64,000 bases of DNA from Rhodanobacter sp. (GTDB lineage: Bacteria; Pseudomonadota; Gammaproteobacteria; Xanthomonadales; Rhodanobacteraceae). The DNA lies in assembly GCA_027307195.1 (NCBI GenBank), contig DAHUXL010000080.1, positions 17,466 through 81,465 on the forward strand, in the 5' to 3' direction. The notes below the pieces were generated by a model. The model worked only from the letters and a program-made list of their open reading frames with translations. It was not told where the DNA came from and did not search any database. Positions 1-10,048 of the stretch are shown here, in pieces (position 1 is the first letter of the stretch; every line of letters starts with the position of its first letter). Position numbers and translations under genes: made by a program.

Positions 1-819
1 CAGCACCACCAGCTGCGCCAGCAATACGGCCAGCACCAGGCCACCCACGCCAAGCGCCGGGGTATGCATACGGCCCACGCCAAGCGCCAACGCGATCGCA
101 TAGCCGACCAGGCTGATCAGCAGATAGCACAGCAAGGTGCTGAAAGGCCGGCGCAACAGCTGCATGAAACCGCGACCGAAGGCGCGCGTGGCCGAACGCA
201 GGCCGTTGTCGGCGATGAACGCGGCACGGCCCGATTCCACGATCGCCTGCGCCAGCACGAACAGCAGCACCGCCACCCCGATGGTGATATGCGATGCGCG
301 ATCCACCTGCGACTCCAGCACCGCCTTGCTGTCGATCCGATCCAGCGCATGGAACGCAAAACCGATCAGCGCCGCCATCACTGCATACGGCAGGATCGAC
401 CACAGCATCAGACGGAACATGCGGCCATATTCGACGATGCCGCATTGGAGCAGGTGACTGAAGCCCAGCACGCGTCCGGCACGTCCGCTGCCGATCATCA
501 TGCCGTTGAGAAACGGCGACAGCAGCACGGTCAGCAACAGGCCGAGCATCGCCACGCCATTGAACCAGCCGGCACTGTCGCCCAGCGCCGACATGGTATC
601 GCCGAACATCAACGGGCTGAACTGCGCGGCCCACGCCGGCGCATGCACCGAATGGTCGAGCAAGCCGCTCAGTGCGCGCCACAACGGCAGGCTGACCACA
701 GCCGTCGGCAGCAGCAGAAACAGTACCCACAGCAGCAACAGGCGCCATTGCATCGCCATCAACGGCGCCCGTGCAGCAGCGCCGATATTCACTCGGCGGG
801 AAGCATGTTTATTGATCAT
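1..819 (-). CDS. Polytopic membrane protein of unknown function (3' end runs off window; absent from ORF track)
   Basis: ATG at 819-817 overlaps the TGA of the M1 peptidase; my hand translation (MINKHASRRVNIGAAARAPLMAMQWRLLLLWVLFLLLP...) showed no stop to base 1 and has several hydrophobic helices. Confidence 0.75.
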   Translation of the reverse strand, partial: MINKHASRRVNIGAAARAPLMAMQWRLLLLWVLFLLLPTAVVSLPLWRALSGLLDHSVHAPAWAAQFSPLMFGDTMSALGDSAGWFNGVAMLGLLLTVLLSPFLNGMMIGSGRAGRVLGFSHLLQCGIVEYGRMFRLMLWSILPYAVMAALIGFAFHALDRIDSKAVLESQVDRASHITIGVAVLLFVLAQAIVESGRAAFIADNGLRSATRAFGRGFMQLLRRPFSTLLCYLLISLVGYAIALALGVGRMHTPALGVGGLVLAVLLAQLVVL

Positions 820-3071
820 CACAGTGACCCCACCAAGGCGTAGAAGGCTTGCAGCAAAGCGGCGACATCCGCGCTCCAGCGGCGCGAGGCGGTGCCGTCG
901 CCCTTGGTGGTCAGGCTGTCGTTGAGCTTGTTCGCATCCAGATAGATCTTCTGTTCCGGATCGAGGGTGGCCGAGACCACCTTGGACGGCCGGGTGAAAT
1001 CGAATCGGGCCCAGCGCCGGCCGTCATTCCAGCGCACATCCTCGCTGCTGCCATCGGCGAACTTCACCCGCAGCAGCTGCGGCACCTGGGCGCCGTCGCG
1101 CGACACGGTCACCGTACTGTTCCATGGGAATGGTCCGCTGCCCGGTTTCGCTTTCGGATGGGCCTTGGCCCAGTCCTTGCGCTGCTTGTCGATCTGCTTG
1201 TCGAGCTCGGTGCCGTCGATCTCGGTGCGCTTGCCGTCCTTCAGCACGCTGCCGACCTGCGGCAGCACTTCGGCGGTGTCGATGCTGGCGACGCGGTCGT
1301 CGATGCGCGCGGTGCCGTACACATACTGGTCGAATATCTCGTTGACCGTCTTCGCGTCGCCGGAGACATCGATCAGAGCGGCGCGCAGATCGGCCGCGGA
1401 AGGATGACGAAAGCGCCAACGCTTGTAGTACTCGCGGAAGGCTCTCTCGGTGACACCTTTACCCAGGCGCTCTTCCAGATCGTGCATCGCGGTGGCGGTG
1501 CGCGAATACACCGTGCCGTAGCTGCTGCTGGAAAAACGATCCCATGCATTCTCTCCGAGCGGATCGGCCGGCTGCTTCAGGCCAGCGGCCATGCGCTCCA
1601 TCGCGAAACCGGTGAACGAGGGCGCAAACCCCAGCCGCCGCAGCATTGGCGTGGTGAGGACGATATTCTGCCCGCGCTCGCGCAGCATGCGCTGATCCCA
1701 GTATTCGTTGAGGCCTTCATCGAGCATTGGCTCCTCGAACTCGTTCGAGGCGAGGATGCCGTAGAAATAACCGTGGCCGAATTCGTGGATGGTGACGAAG
1801 TCGGAGGCGTACTGATTGAGCGTGCCCGGCTCCACCTTGGTGTAGCCCTCGGTGGTATAGAACGTCGGGTACTCCATGCCACCCGCCTCGTCGGCGTTGT
1901 ACGGCGGCACCACCACTGTCAGTGTGCGGTACGGGTACGCGCCCAAGGTATCGGAGAAATAGCTCAGTGAATCGGTGCTCGCCTTCAACTGGGTCTGTGC
2001 GCTGCCGACGTACTCGGGCGGATACAGCACCTTCAACGCCACCTTCGGGCTACCCGGTCCCTGCCAGCTGCCGCCCAGCACCTTGTAGCCCTTGGCCGCG
2101 ACCCAGGCGAAGTCGTGCACGTCACCCTGCACGAAGTGATAGGTGGTCTTGCCGCTTGCCGTCTGCGGCTCACCCTGCTGCTCGCCGACCGCACCGACGG
2201 TGTAGTCGCTGGGTACGGTCAGGCGCACGTCGTACAGGCCGAAGTCGGCAAAGAACTCGCTGTTGAAATGAAACTCGTGCACGTTCCAGCGCGGCGCTGT
2301 AGCGCCGCGTTCGCCGGCCAGCTCCAGCACGCCGATCTTCGGGAACCACTGGCCAACCAGGTTGAAGTCACCAAACCAGCCGGTGCGTTCGACCACCCGC
2401 GGCAACTGGCTGAGGAAGTCGATGTCCAGGGTCAGGGTCGCGCCCGCCGCGACCGGTTCGGCCAGATCGATGCGCACCACGGTCTGGTCGGTGGCCGGGC
2501 CGCCATCGGGCTGCACGAAAGTCCACTTCAGCGCGGCGTCGCCCTGCTTGACCTGCTGCAGGTCGATCCAGCCCCATTCGCCCTTCTTCAACGCGGCCGC
2601 GCCACGCGAACGGCCATGCGCAGTCAGCACCTTGCGTTCGGTGAACCAGGTGCTGCCTTCGTTCTGGAATCCGTTGAGGTACAGATGGAAATAGACGTGG
2701 CTGACCGGGCGATCGCTGCGGTTGCGCCAGGTCATGTGCTCCTTGCCGGTTACCGCATGCTTCGCGGCATCCAGTTCGGCATCGATCTGGTAGCTCACCA
2801 CGCGATCGGACAAGGTCGCTTCACTGCCCGTACGCTCGCCGCCCCACGCATCAGCGGCGCTGGGCGCCAGCGGGGCAGCTGCGCTGGCGGCGGCAAACGG
2901 AATGTCGGCGAGCAACGTCGTACTCGAACTGGCTGGCGCCGGTGCCGTAGCGGGCGGCACGCCGGCCGTGCCGGTCGCGACGGCCTGCTGCGCCAACACC
3001 GTCAACGGACAGACCGCAACCGACACGGTCACGGCACACAGGTATCCCCACTTGCGTATAGCTGGCCGCAT
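819..3071 (-). CDS. Secreted M1-family zinc aminopeptidase
   Basis: HEFGH-x18-E zinc motif, GGMEYP exopeptidase motif, signal-like N-terminus from MRPAIRKWG (start re-picked at 3071). Confidence 0.9.
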   Translation of the reverse strand: MRPAIRKWGYLCAVTVSVAVCPLTVLAQQAVATGTAGVPPATAPAPASSSTTLLADIPFAAASAAAPLAPSAADAWGGERTGSEATLSDRVVSYQIDAELDAAKHAVTGKEHMTWRNRSDRPVSHVYFHLYLNGFQNEGSTWFTERKVLTAHGRSRGAAALKKGEWGWIDLQQVKQGDAALKWTFVQPDGGPATDQTVVRIDLAEPVAAGATLTLDIDFLSQLPRVVERTGWFGDFNLVGQWFPKIGVLELAGERGATAPRWNVHEFHFNSEFFADFGLYDVRLTVPSDYTVGAVGEQQGEPQTASGKTTYHFVQGDVHDFAWVAAKGYKVLGGSWQGPGSPKVALKVLYPPEYVGSAQTQLKASTDSLSYFSDTLGAYPYRTLTVVVPPYNADEAGGMEYPTFYTTEGYTKVEPGTLNQYASDFVTIHEFGHGYFYGILASNEFEEPMLDEGLNEYWDQRMLRERGQNIVLTTPMLRRLGFAPSFTGFAMERMAAGLKQPADPLGENAWDRFSSSSYGTVYSRTATAMHDLEERLGKGVTERAFREYYKRWRFRHPSAADLRAALIDVSGDAKTVNEIFDQYVYGTARIDDRVASIDTAEVLPQVGSVLKDGKRTEIDGTELDKQIDKQRKDWAKAHPKAKPGSGPFPWNSTVTVSRDGAQVPQLLRVKFADGSSEDVRWNDGRRWARFDFTRPSKVVSATLDPEQKIYLDANKLNDSLTTKGDGTASRRWSADVAALLQAFYALVGSL

Positions 3072-3377
3072 GCTTGCTACTCCCCCGGGCAATCCGCGCA
3101 GAGTGCACGCAACCGACACATGCGGCATAGGCCAGAGGTCATGCCGGTGCGGGATGGCCGCATGTCGACGGTCCACGCCGATGCCAGCTGCGGATGCATC
3201 GCGCAAATGCCGCACTGCGGGAACTGCCACAGATGTGAATGGTCTGCAAATGCACGGGAGCCGATGATTCCGACTACGCTGACCGTACACATCGAGCCAC
3301 CCACTAGAATCCATCCCGGCCAGAACCCCTTGCCGGCTGCGGCGGCAACCTCATTCACGCGGAGCCAGGAATCCACG

Positions 3378-4067
3378 ATGCGCATCTTGCTGGCCGAAGA
3401 CGACCCTTCCATTGCCGGGGCGATTTGCGCATCGCTGCGGCATGGCGGTCACGCGGTGGATCATGTGGCCAGCGGCAATCTGGCCGACGCGGCCCTGCGC
3501 GATCACGACTACGACCTGCTGGTGCTGGACCTTGGGCTGCCCGCGCTTGACGGCAGCGAGGTATTGCGCCGTTTGCGCAGCCGCGGCACGGTCATGCCGG
3601 TGCTGGTGGTGACCGCCCGCGACGGCCTGCCCGAACGCATCCGCGTGCTTGATCTGGGCGCCGACGATTATCTGGTGAAGCCGTTCGCCCTTGCCGAGTT
3701 CGAGGCGCGCGTGCGTGCGCTGTTGCGACGGGCCAGCAGCCAGGGCAAGCCGGAACTGCAGTTGGGCCGGTTGCGGCTGGATCTGCCCGGACACCGCGCG
3801 TGGATCGATCAGCTGCCGCTGGAGCTGACCGCCCGCGAGTTCAGTCTGCTGGAAGCGCTGGCATTGCGGGCCGACCGCGTCACCAGCCGTGCCCAGCTGA
3901 TCGAGGCACTGTGCGACTGGGATCAGGAATTGACCGACAACGGCCTGGACATCGCGATCCATCGCCTGCGCCGCAAGCTGCATGGCAGCGGCACCGGCGT
4001 GCGCACGATCCGCGGCCTCGGCTATCTGCTGGAAGAAGTGACGGAATCCGCGAGCGATCCTGCATGA
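3378..4067 (+). CDS. OmpR-family response regulator (TctD-like)
   Basis: MRILLAEDD, LDLGLP, GADDYLVKPF, wHTH end TIRGLGY. Confidence 0.93.
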   Translation: MRILLAEDDPSIAGAICASLRHGGHAVDHVASGNLADAALRDHDYDLLVLDLGLPALDGSEVLRRLRSRGTVMPVLVVTARDGLPERIRVLDLGADDYLVKPFALAEFEARVRALLRRASSQGKPELQLGRLRLDLPGHRAWIDQLPLELTAREFSLLEALALRADRVTSRAQLIEALCDWDQELTDNGLDIAIHRLRRKLHGSGTGVRTIRGLGYLLEEVTESASDPA

Positions 4068-5467
4068 GCCGCCTGCGCCCCAGCCTGCGTCGCCGCCTGC
4101 TGGTCTTCCTGCTGATTCCGATGGCTGCCCTGCTGCTGCTGGACGCGCTGCTGACTTATGGCGTGGCGCTGACCTATGCCAACAGGGTGCACGACCGCGA
4201 TCTGAGCGACGATGCGCTGACATTGGCGAAGATGCTTGGCAACGACCAGCTCGGCAGCCAGCTGACGCCGCAGGCACGGTTTCTGCTCGAATACGATCCG
4301 GGTGGCCGCAGTTACTTCAGCATAAGCAGCGCCCGACACGGCCTGCTGGCAGGCAACGGGCAGCTGCCGCAGCTGGCGCAGGCACCTCCACTCGACGCCG
4401 CACCGACGCTGTACGACACCAAGCTCGACAAGCACAGCCTGCGTGTGGCGACGGTCCACACGGCGGCGCCCCACGATCCCGGTGACAGCCTGATCATCAC
4501 CGTCGCCGAGACCCTGCGCGATCGGCACGAACAGGCGCGGGAAATCCTACTGCTGGCGATCCTGATGCAGACGTTGCTGATCGTCTGCGTGTTGTCGCTG
4601 GTCTGGTTCGGGGTCAGCCGCGGCCTGCGCGTACTGGATCCGCTGACCGCCCGACTGGCAGCCCGTTCGCATGAACTGACCCCGATCGACGGCGCCGACG
4701 TGCCGCAGGAAATCCAGCCGCTGACGCGCACCATCGACGCGCTGTTCGGTCGCCTGCGCAGCATGCTGGCCCTGCATGACCGTTTCATCGCCGATGCCGC
4801 GCATCAGCTGCGCACGCCGCTGACCGGGTTGAGTCTGCATGTCGATCGTGCGCTGGCCGATCCCAGGCCGGAAACGATGATCGATGCGCTCACCCATATC
4901 CAGCGGCTGACCCAGCGCGCCGCGCGCACGTCGTCACAGCTGCTGGCACTGACCCGGGCGCAGGCGGCACCGCTGGACAATGAAGAGCGCGGCCTGCTCG
5001 ATCTGGGCCGGATGATCCCCGATGCGGTAGCGCAGCGCATCCACGAGGCGATCCGCGCCGGTGTCGACCTGGGCTATGAAGGCGTCAGGCAGCCGCTGTA
5101 CATCGATGGCGACGCAGCCAGCGTCCTGGATCTGCTGGACAACCTGATCGACAACGCCATGCGTTACGCCGGCCGGGGCAGCACAGTCACTGTCAGCCTG
5201 CAGGCGCATGCCGATGGGAGCGTCAGCCTCAGCGTCGAGGACAACGGGCCCGGCGTGCCGCCGGAACTCCTGCCACGACTGCGAGAGCGTTTTTTTCGCG
5301 CCGCAGAGAACGGCGAGGAAGGCAGCGGGCTGGGGCTGGCGATCGTCCAGCGGATTGCCGAGCGGCATCACGCCGAGGTGATCTACCGACTAGCCGAGGA
5401 GCATGGCCTGAGCGTCGAAGTGCGCTTCCCGCCGCCGGCAATCTCGCCCGCGAACCGTCCGGCATGA
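4064..5467 (+). CDS. Sensor histidine kinase (TctE-like)
   Basis: ATGA overlap with regulator; two TM segments, H-box DAAHQLRTP, N-box NLIDNA, G boxes DNGPG and GSGLGL. Confidence 0.92.
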   Translation: MSRLRPSLRRRLLVFLLIPMAALLLLDALLTYGVALTYANRVHDRDLSDDALTLAKMLGNDQLGSQLTPQARFLLEYDPGGRSYFSISSARHGLLAGNGQLPQLAQAPPLDAAPTLYDTKLDKHSLRVATVHTAAPHDPGDSLIITVAETLRDRHEQAREILLLAILMQTLLIVCVLSLVWFGVSRGLRVLDPLTARLAARSHELTPIDGADVPQEIQPLTRTIDALFGRLRSMLALHDRFIADAAHQLRTPLTGLSLHVDRALADPRPETMIDALTHIQRLTQRAARTSSQLLALTRAQAAPLDNEERGLLDLGRMIPDAVAQRIHEAIRAGVDLGYEGVRQPLYIDGDAASVLDLLDNLIDNAMRYAGRGSTVTVSLQAHADGSVSLSVEDNGPGVPPELLPRLRERFFRAAENGEEGSGLGLAIVQRIAERHHAEVIYRLAEEHGLSVEVRFPPPAISPANRPA

Positions 5468-5638
5468 GCGCGATGGGCGCATGCTTCGCTGCATATCGCC
5501 TGTACGCCTGACTGGTCGGGTTTTGCGATCTCGCCCGATGCCCTCAGAATAAGCAGGTACCGAACCATGATCGTGACGCAGGACAACCGTCATCGAGAGC
5601 CGACGGGTATACCTGCGTCAAAGCATCACCATGGAAAA

Positions 5639-7108
5639 ATGCACACCGTGTCATTTCGACTGAGCAAGGCAACTCCCGGCGACCGGCTGCGCGCATGCGT
5701 GCTGGGCGCCGTGCTGTGCGGGTTGGCCGGTTGTGCCGCGCCACTGCCCAAGCTGACATCCCCCGTGCCGACCCAATGGCAGCATGCGATGGCCTCGGAT
5801 CCGGCCAAGCCGACCGATCTGCATGGCTGGTGGCATGCCTTCGGCGATTCCGACCTCGATGCACTGGTCGACCGTGCGCTGGCCAACAATCTTGATGTGG
5901 CGCAGGCAGTCGAAAGGTTGCGTGCCGTGCGCGCGCTGCACGACCGCTCCCAGGCACGCTACCTGCCGTCGCTGCGCGCGAGCACCAACGATGTGGTCGA
6001 ACCGAGCGCAAGTGCTTCCTACCTGCTGGTCGGCTTCGACGCCAGCTGGGAGTTTGGCCTGTTTGGCCGGGCCGAGGGCAGCCGGCGAGAAGCCCAGGGG
6101 GCGCTGGACGCCGGCATCGCCGACCTGCGCAGTGCGCAGGTCTCGCTGGTCGCCGAAGTCGTGCGTGAGTGGATCGAGCTGCGCAGCGCCCAGCAGCAGG
6201 AAAAACTGCTGTTGGGGATCAACCAGACCCGCGAGCACGAATGGCAATTGCAGCAGGTACGCCAGCGTCTGCAACTGGCAGCACCCGGTACAGTCGATCA
6301 GGCCCAAGCCGCATTCGCGCAATCCACGGCTGCCCTGGCGGCACCCCGGCAGGCCATCACGGCCAGCGCCCAGCGACTGGCCATGCTGCTCGGCCAGAAC
6401 CAGCCCGACGCCGCCTGGCTGCAACCGGGCACACCCCCCGAACTGGGCGCATGGCAACTCGCCAGTGCCCCAGCCGACCTGGTGCGCACGCGCCCGGAGA
6501 TTGCCCGTGCCGAAGCAGACGTGCTGCAGGCCGCCGGCGCACTGGCGCTGGCCCATGCCGATCTGTTTCCCAGCATCGGTCTTGGCGGGTCGATCGACTG
6601 GTCGACCGATATCGACAACAACCACAGGTTCGCCAACACGCCAAATTCGATCGTCTCGGTGGGACCGGAGCTCAATATTCCCTTGTTCGACTGGGGTATC
6701 CGACTGGCCGCCAAGCACGCGAAGGATCACGAATTGAAAGCCAGCGTGCTGGCTTACCGGCAAGCGGTGCTGCAAGGTGTGGCCGAGGTGGAAACCGCAT
6801 TGGGTGCCGTGCAGCAGCAGCAGCAGCGTGAACAGCACAGTCTGCTTGCATGGCAGGCGCTGCAGCGCGTCGATCAAGCCGCGCGGACGCGGGTGAGCCT
6901 GCGACTGGGCAGTCCGCTCGATCTTGCCGAGAGCCGCATAGCCGCCGATCAGGCCGCGATCGAACTGACCGATGCCCGCGCCGGGCACAACCTGGCCTAT
7001 GTGGCACTGTTCAAGGCACTCGGCGGCGCACCATTGCCGTCGGCTGACCAGATCGATGCGTCGCCGCAAGCACCATCCGGCTCCTCCCACAACGAGGCAC
7101 ACCGCTGA
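5639..7108 (+). CDS. TolC/NodT-family outer-membrane efflux lipoprotein (start 5567 or 5639)
   Basis: Lipobox LAGC, ALANNLDVAQA, RPEIARAE, YVALFKALGG typical of OMF proteins. Confidence 0.9.
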   Translation: MHTVSFRLSKATPGDRLRACVLGAVLCGLAGCAAPLPKLTSPVPTQWQHAMASDPAKPTDLHGWWHAFGDSDLDALVDRALANNLDVAQAVERLRAVRALHDRSQARYLPSLRASTNDVVEPSASASYLLVGFDASWEFGLFGRAEGSRREAQGALDAGIADLRSAQVSLVAEVVREWIELRSAQQQEKLLLGINQTREHEWQLQQVRQRLQLAAPGTVDQAQAAFAQSTAALAAPRQAITASAQRLAMLLGQNQPDAAWLQPGTPPELGAWQLASAPADLVRTRPEIARAEADVLQAAGALALAHADLFPSIGLGGSIDWSTDIDNNHRFANTPNSIVSVGPELNIPLFDWGIRLAAKHAKDHELKASVLAYRQAVLQGVAEVETALGAVQQQQQREQHSLLAWQALQRVDQAARTRVSLRLGSPLDLAESRIAADQAAIELTDARAGHNLAYVALFKALGGAPLPSADQIDASPQAPSGSSHNEAHR

Positions 7109-8238
7109 TGGTGGCCCTCGCGCGCAAGACGCTGATCTATGAGTGGCGGCGCTTTCTGCCGGCGATGCTGGCGGTCGGCTTCGCCGGCCTGCTGCAACTG
7201 CTGCAGATCGCCCTGGTGCTGGGCATCTTCGGTAGCACCAGCCTGTACATCACCGGTTCGTCGGCGGATGTGTGGATCGGCTATCCCGGTACGCAGAGCG
7301 TGGGTTCGGGCCGCACGATCAGTGCCGACGTGGAATCGCATGTGCTGATGGATCCGGCCGTGCAGCGGGTCGAACCGTACATCTGGGTCGATGGCGACTG
7401 GCGCGGCACCGGTGAAACCGGTGGCGTCTCGGTGTTCGTTTCCGGCATCGATCCGAGCCCCAATGGCCTGATGTTCTCCAAGGCATTGCCGGCCAGCTTG
7501 CGCGCGCGGCTGGCTGAGCCGGATGCCGTCGTCGTCGATCGTTCCGCGCTGGATCAACTTGGCGTCGCCATCGGCCAGACCGCCACCATCAACGGCCATC
7601 CGGTGCGGGTGGTCGGCATCAGCAGTGGCCTGCGAGCGCTGGGCGGCGTCAACGTGCTGTGCTCGCTGGATACCGCGCGGCGGTTGAATGACGATCCGGC
7701 CGACAGTGGCCCGACCTATCTGGTCGCCAGGCTGCACGACCCGAGCCAGGCCGATGCGGTGGCCGCGCGCCTGCGTGGTGACACCGCGTTCGGTCCTTAC
7801 ACGACCTGGAGCGCTACCGATTTCGCCCGCATCTCGGTGCTCTACTGGCTGTTCGATACCGGTGCCGGTGCCGGCGTACTGTTCCTGGCCGGCATCGTGT
7901 TTCTGGTCGGCGCGGTGATCACCAGCCAGACCCTGATCGCCGCGGTCAACGGCTCCGTGCGCGAATACGCCACCCTCAACGCACTCGGTGTGGGTGTGGC
8001 GGCCTTGCGCAGAGTGGTGCTGGAACAGGCGTTCTGGGTCGGCGCGCTGGGCCTGCTCGGCGCCAGCGTCCTCGGCATCGTACTGATGATGCTGGCGCGC
8101 AGTCAGGACGTGCCGGTGGTGCTGAACGTGCCCGCGGCGCTGGCCTGCATCGTCCTGGTGATGGGTCTCGCCGCCGTCTCCGGACTGGCCGCGATGCGCA
8201 GCCTGCGTCGCGCCGATCCCGCCACCTTGCTGAGATAA
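7108..8238 (+). CDS. ABC exporter permease, FtsX/MacB-like (DevC-type)
   Basis: TM1, periplasmic domain, three C-terminal TMs; REYATLNALG motif; TGATG coupling to upstream gene. Confidence 0.87.
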   Translation: MVALARKTLIYEWRRFLPAMLAVGFAGLLQLLQIALVLGIFGSTSLYITGSSADVWIGYPGTQSVGSGRTISADVESHVLMDPAVQRVEPYIWVDGDWRGTGETGGVSVFVSGIDPSPNGLMFSKALPASLRARLAEPDAVVVDRSALDQLGVAIGQTATINGHPVRVVGISSGLRALGGVNVLCSLDTARRLNDDPADSGPTYLVARLHDPSQADAVAARLRGDTAFGPYTTWSATDFARISVLYWLFDTGAGAGVLFLAGIVFLVGAVITSQTLIAAVNGSVREYATLNALGVGVAALRRVVLEQAFWVGALGLLGASVLGIVLMMLARSQDVPVVLNVPAALACIVLVMGLAAVSGLAAMRSLRRADPATLLR

Positions 8239-8240
8239 TC

Positions 8241-8996
8241 GTGATGCATCCCGCCACCGCCAGCGAACCCGTGCGCACGCCCGCCCTGCAGGCCGAAGGC
8301 ATCTGCAAGGCATTCGTTTCCGGCCAACAGCGCACACAGGTGCTGGATGGTCTGACGCTGAGTATCGAAGCCGGTGAACTGACCCTGATCTCCGGCCCGT
8401 CCGGCTGCGGCAAGAGTACCCTGCTGGCCGTGCTCAGCGGGCTGCAGAAGGTCGACAGCGGCCGCGTGCAGGCACTCGGCAGCGAACTGGGCCAGCTCGA
8501 TCTGCGTGCGCTGGAGCGCTTCCGCCTTCAGCACACCGGTTTCGTGTTCCAGGGTTTCAACCTGTTCCCCGCGCTGAGCGCGTTCGAGCAGGTCGAGTTG
8601 CCGCTGAATCACATGGGGCTGTCGCGCGATGAAGCCCGCCGACGCGCCCGCAGCTCGCTGGAAGAAGTCGGCCTGGGCCACCGCATGCGCTTGCGGCCGT
8701 CCGAGCTGTCCGGCGGCGAGAAGCAGCGTGTGGCGATCGCCCGTGCACTGGCCAAGGAACCGGAGCTGCTGTTCGCCGACGAGCCGACCAGCGCACTGGA
8801 CGCAGCCAACGGCCAGATGATCATCGACATCCTGCACCGGATCGCGCACACCCACGGAACCACCGTGCTGTGTGTCAGCCACGATCCACGTCTGGTCGTT
8901 CACGCCGACCGCGTGCTGGCGATGGAAGATGGCCGCATCTTGAGCGACCGGCGTACCCACGCGCCGCTCATCGACAACCAAGGAACTCCGTCATGA
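8241..8996 (+). CDS. ABC ATP-binding protein (LolD/DevA-like)
   Basis: Walker A GPSGCGKS, LSGGEKQRVAIARAL, Walker B LFADEPT, SHD switch. Confidence 0.95.
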   Translation: MMHPATASEPVRTPALQAEGICKAFVSGQQRTQVLDGLTLSIEAGELTLISGPSGCGKSTLLAVLSGLQKVDSGRVQALGSELGQLDLRALERFRLQHTGFVFQGFNLFPALSAFEQVELPLNHMGLSRDEARRRARSSLEEVGLGHRMRLRPSELSGGEKQRVAIARALAKEPELLFADEPTSALDAANGQMIIDILHRIAHTHGTTVLCVSHDPRLVVHADRVLAMEDGRILSDRRTHAPLIDNQGTPS

Positions 8997-9967
8997 AGCC
9001 GTCCCTCATGAAGCCACCCGCTGCCCGTCCGTCGCGGTACTTGCCCGGCATGCAGATCTGCCTCGCACTGACGCTGGCTTGTCTGCTGGCCGCCTGCTCC
9101 CGATCCACCGATGCGCCAACCAACGCCACTGCACAACCTGTCACCACCTACGCCGCGGTGGCACGCGGCAAAGTCGACATCGAAGGCGGTCTGCTGACGC
9201 TGTCGATGCCGCGCGAAGGCACGCTTGCCAGGGTTGCCGTGCATGAAGGCGATCGCGTCAGGCAAGGTCAGCTGCTCGCCGAACTGGATACCCAGCCGGC
9301 CACGCTGGCGGTCGACGCCGCCCAGGCGCAACTGGAGCAGGCACAGGCGCAGATGAAATTGCTCGCTGTCAAACAGACGGCGGCGAAGCAGCGCGCCGAG
9401 CGACTGGTCGCCGCCGTTGCCGCGGGCGCCGGGGACGGCCAGAGCGCCGACGACGCGCGCGAAGCGGCTGCCCAGCTTGATGCCGAACAGTTGAGCGACC
9501 GCGCAGCGCTGAGCATGGCCAGCCAGAAGCTGGACGAGGCCCGCTACGAGCTGAAGCAGCGCAGCCTGCTCGCCCCGTTCGACGCCGAGGTGGTGCAGGT
9601 GTCAGCGCAACCCGGCGCCAGCGTATCGCCCACGTCCGGTCCGTTGTTCACCCTGCTGCCGCAGAAACCGCGGATCATCCGCGCCGAACTCAACGACAGT
9701 TTCGTCGGGGTGATCCGACCCGGCATGTCCGCCGAGGTGGTGCCCGACAACGGTCGCGACGGCGCCCACTGGAACGCGCATGTGCTGCGCATTGGCCAGG
9801 TGTATGGTCCGGCCACGCTGGAAAACGACCCGCAGGTGCGCGCCAACGCGCGCACGGTGGAATGCGTGCTGGCATTCGACGAACCGCAGGATCTGCGCAT
9901 CGGACAGCGCGTGATGGTGCGTTTTGGCGCCACTTCGACACCTGTCCATGCCGCCCCGAAAGGCTGA
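8993..9967 (+). CDS. HlyD-family periplasmic adaptor (DevB-like)
   Basis: ATGA overlap, lipobox LAAC, lipoyl half-motifs VHEGDRVRQGQLL and APFDAEV around a coiled coil. Confidence 0.88.
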   Translation: MKPSLMKPPAARPSRYLPGMQICLALTLACLLAACSRSTDAPTNATAQPVTTYAAVARGKVDIEGGLLTLSMPREGTLARVAVHEGDRVRQGQLLAELDTQPATLAVDAAQAQLEQAQAQMKLLAVKQTAAKQRAERLVAAVAAGAGDGQSADDAREAAAQLDAEQLSDRAALSMASQKLDEARYELKQRSLLAPFDAEVVQVSAQPGASVSPTSGPLFTLLPQKPRIIRAELNDSFVGVIRPGMSAEVVPDNGRDGAHWNAHVLRIGQVYGPATLENDPQVRANARTVECVLAFDEPQDLRIGQRVMVRFGATSTPVHAAPKG

Positions 9968-10048
9968 AGAAACCGCACTCTGCGAACCTCATACCCTATG
10001 TAGAACCGCGGCCAGCGACCGGCCGCGGCTCACCCACAGGGCTATCGC

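Noticed and set aside
10006-10028. GC hairpin CCGCGGCC-N7-GGCCGCGG upstream of the esterase
   Set aside because: No U-tract or leader peptide; cannot distinguish a stabiliser from chance
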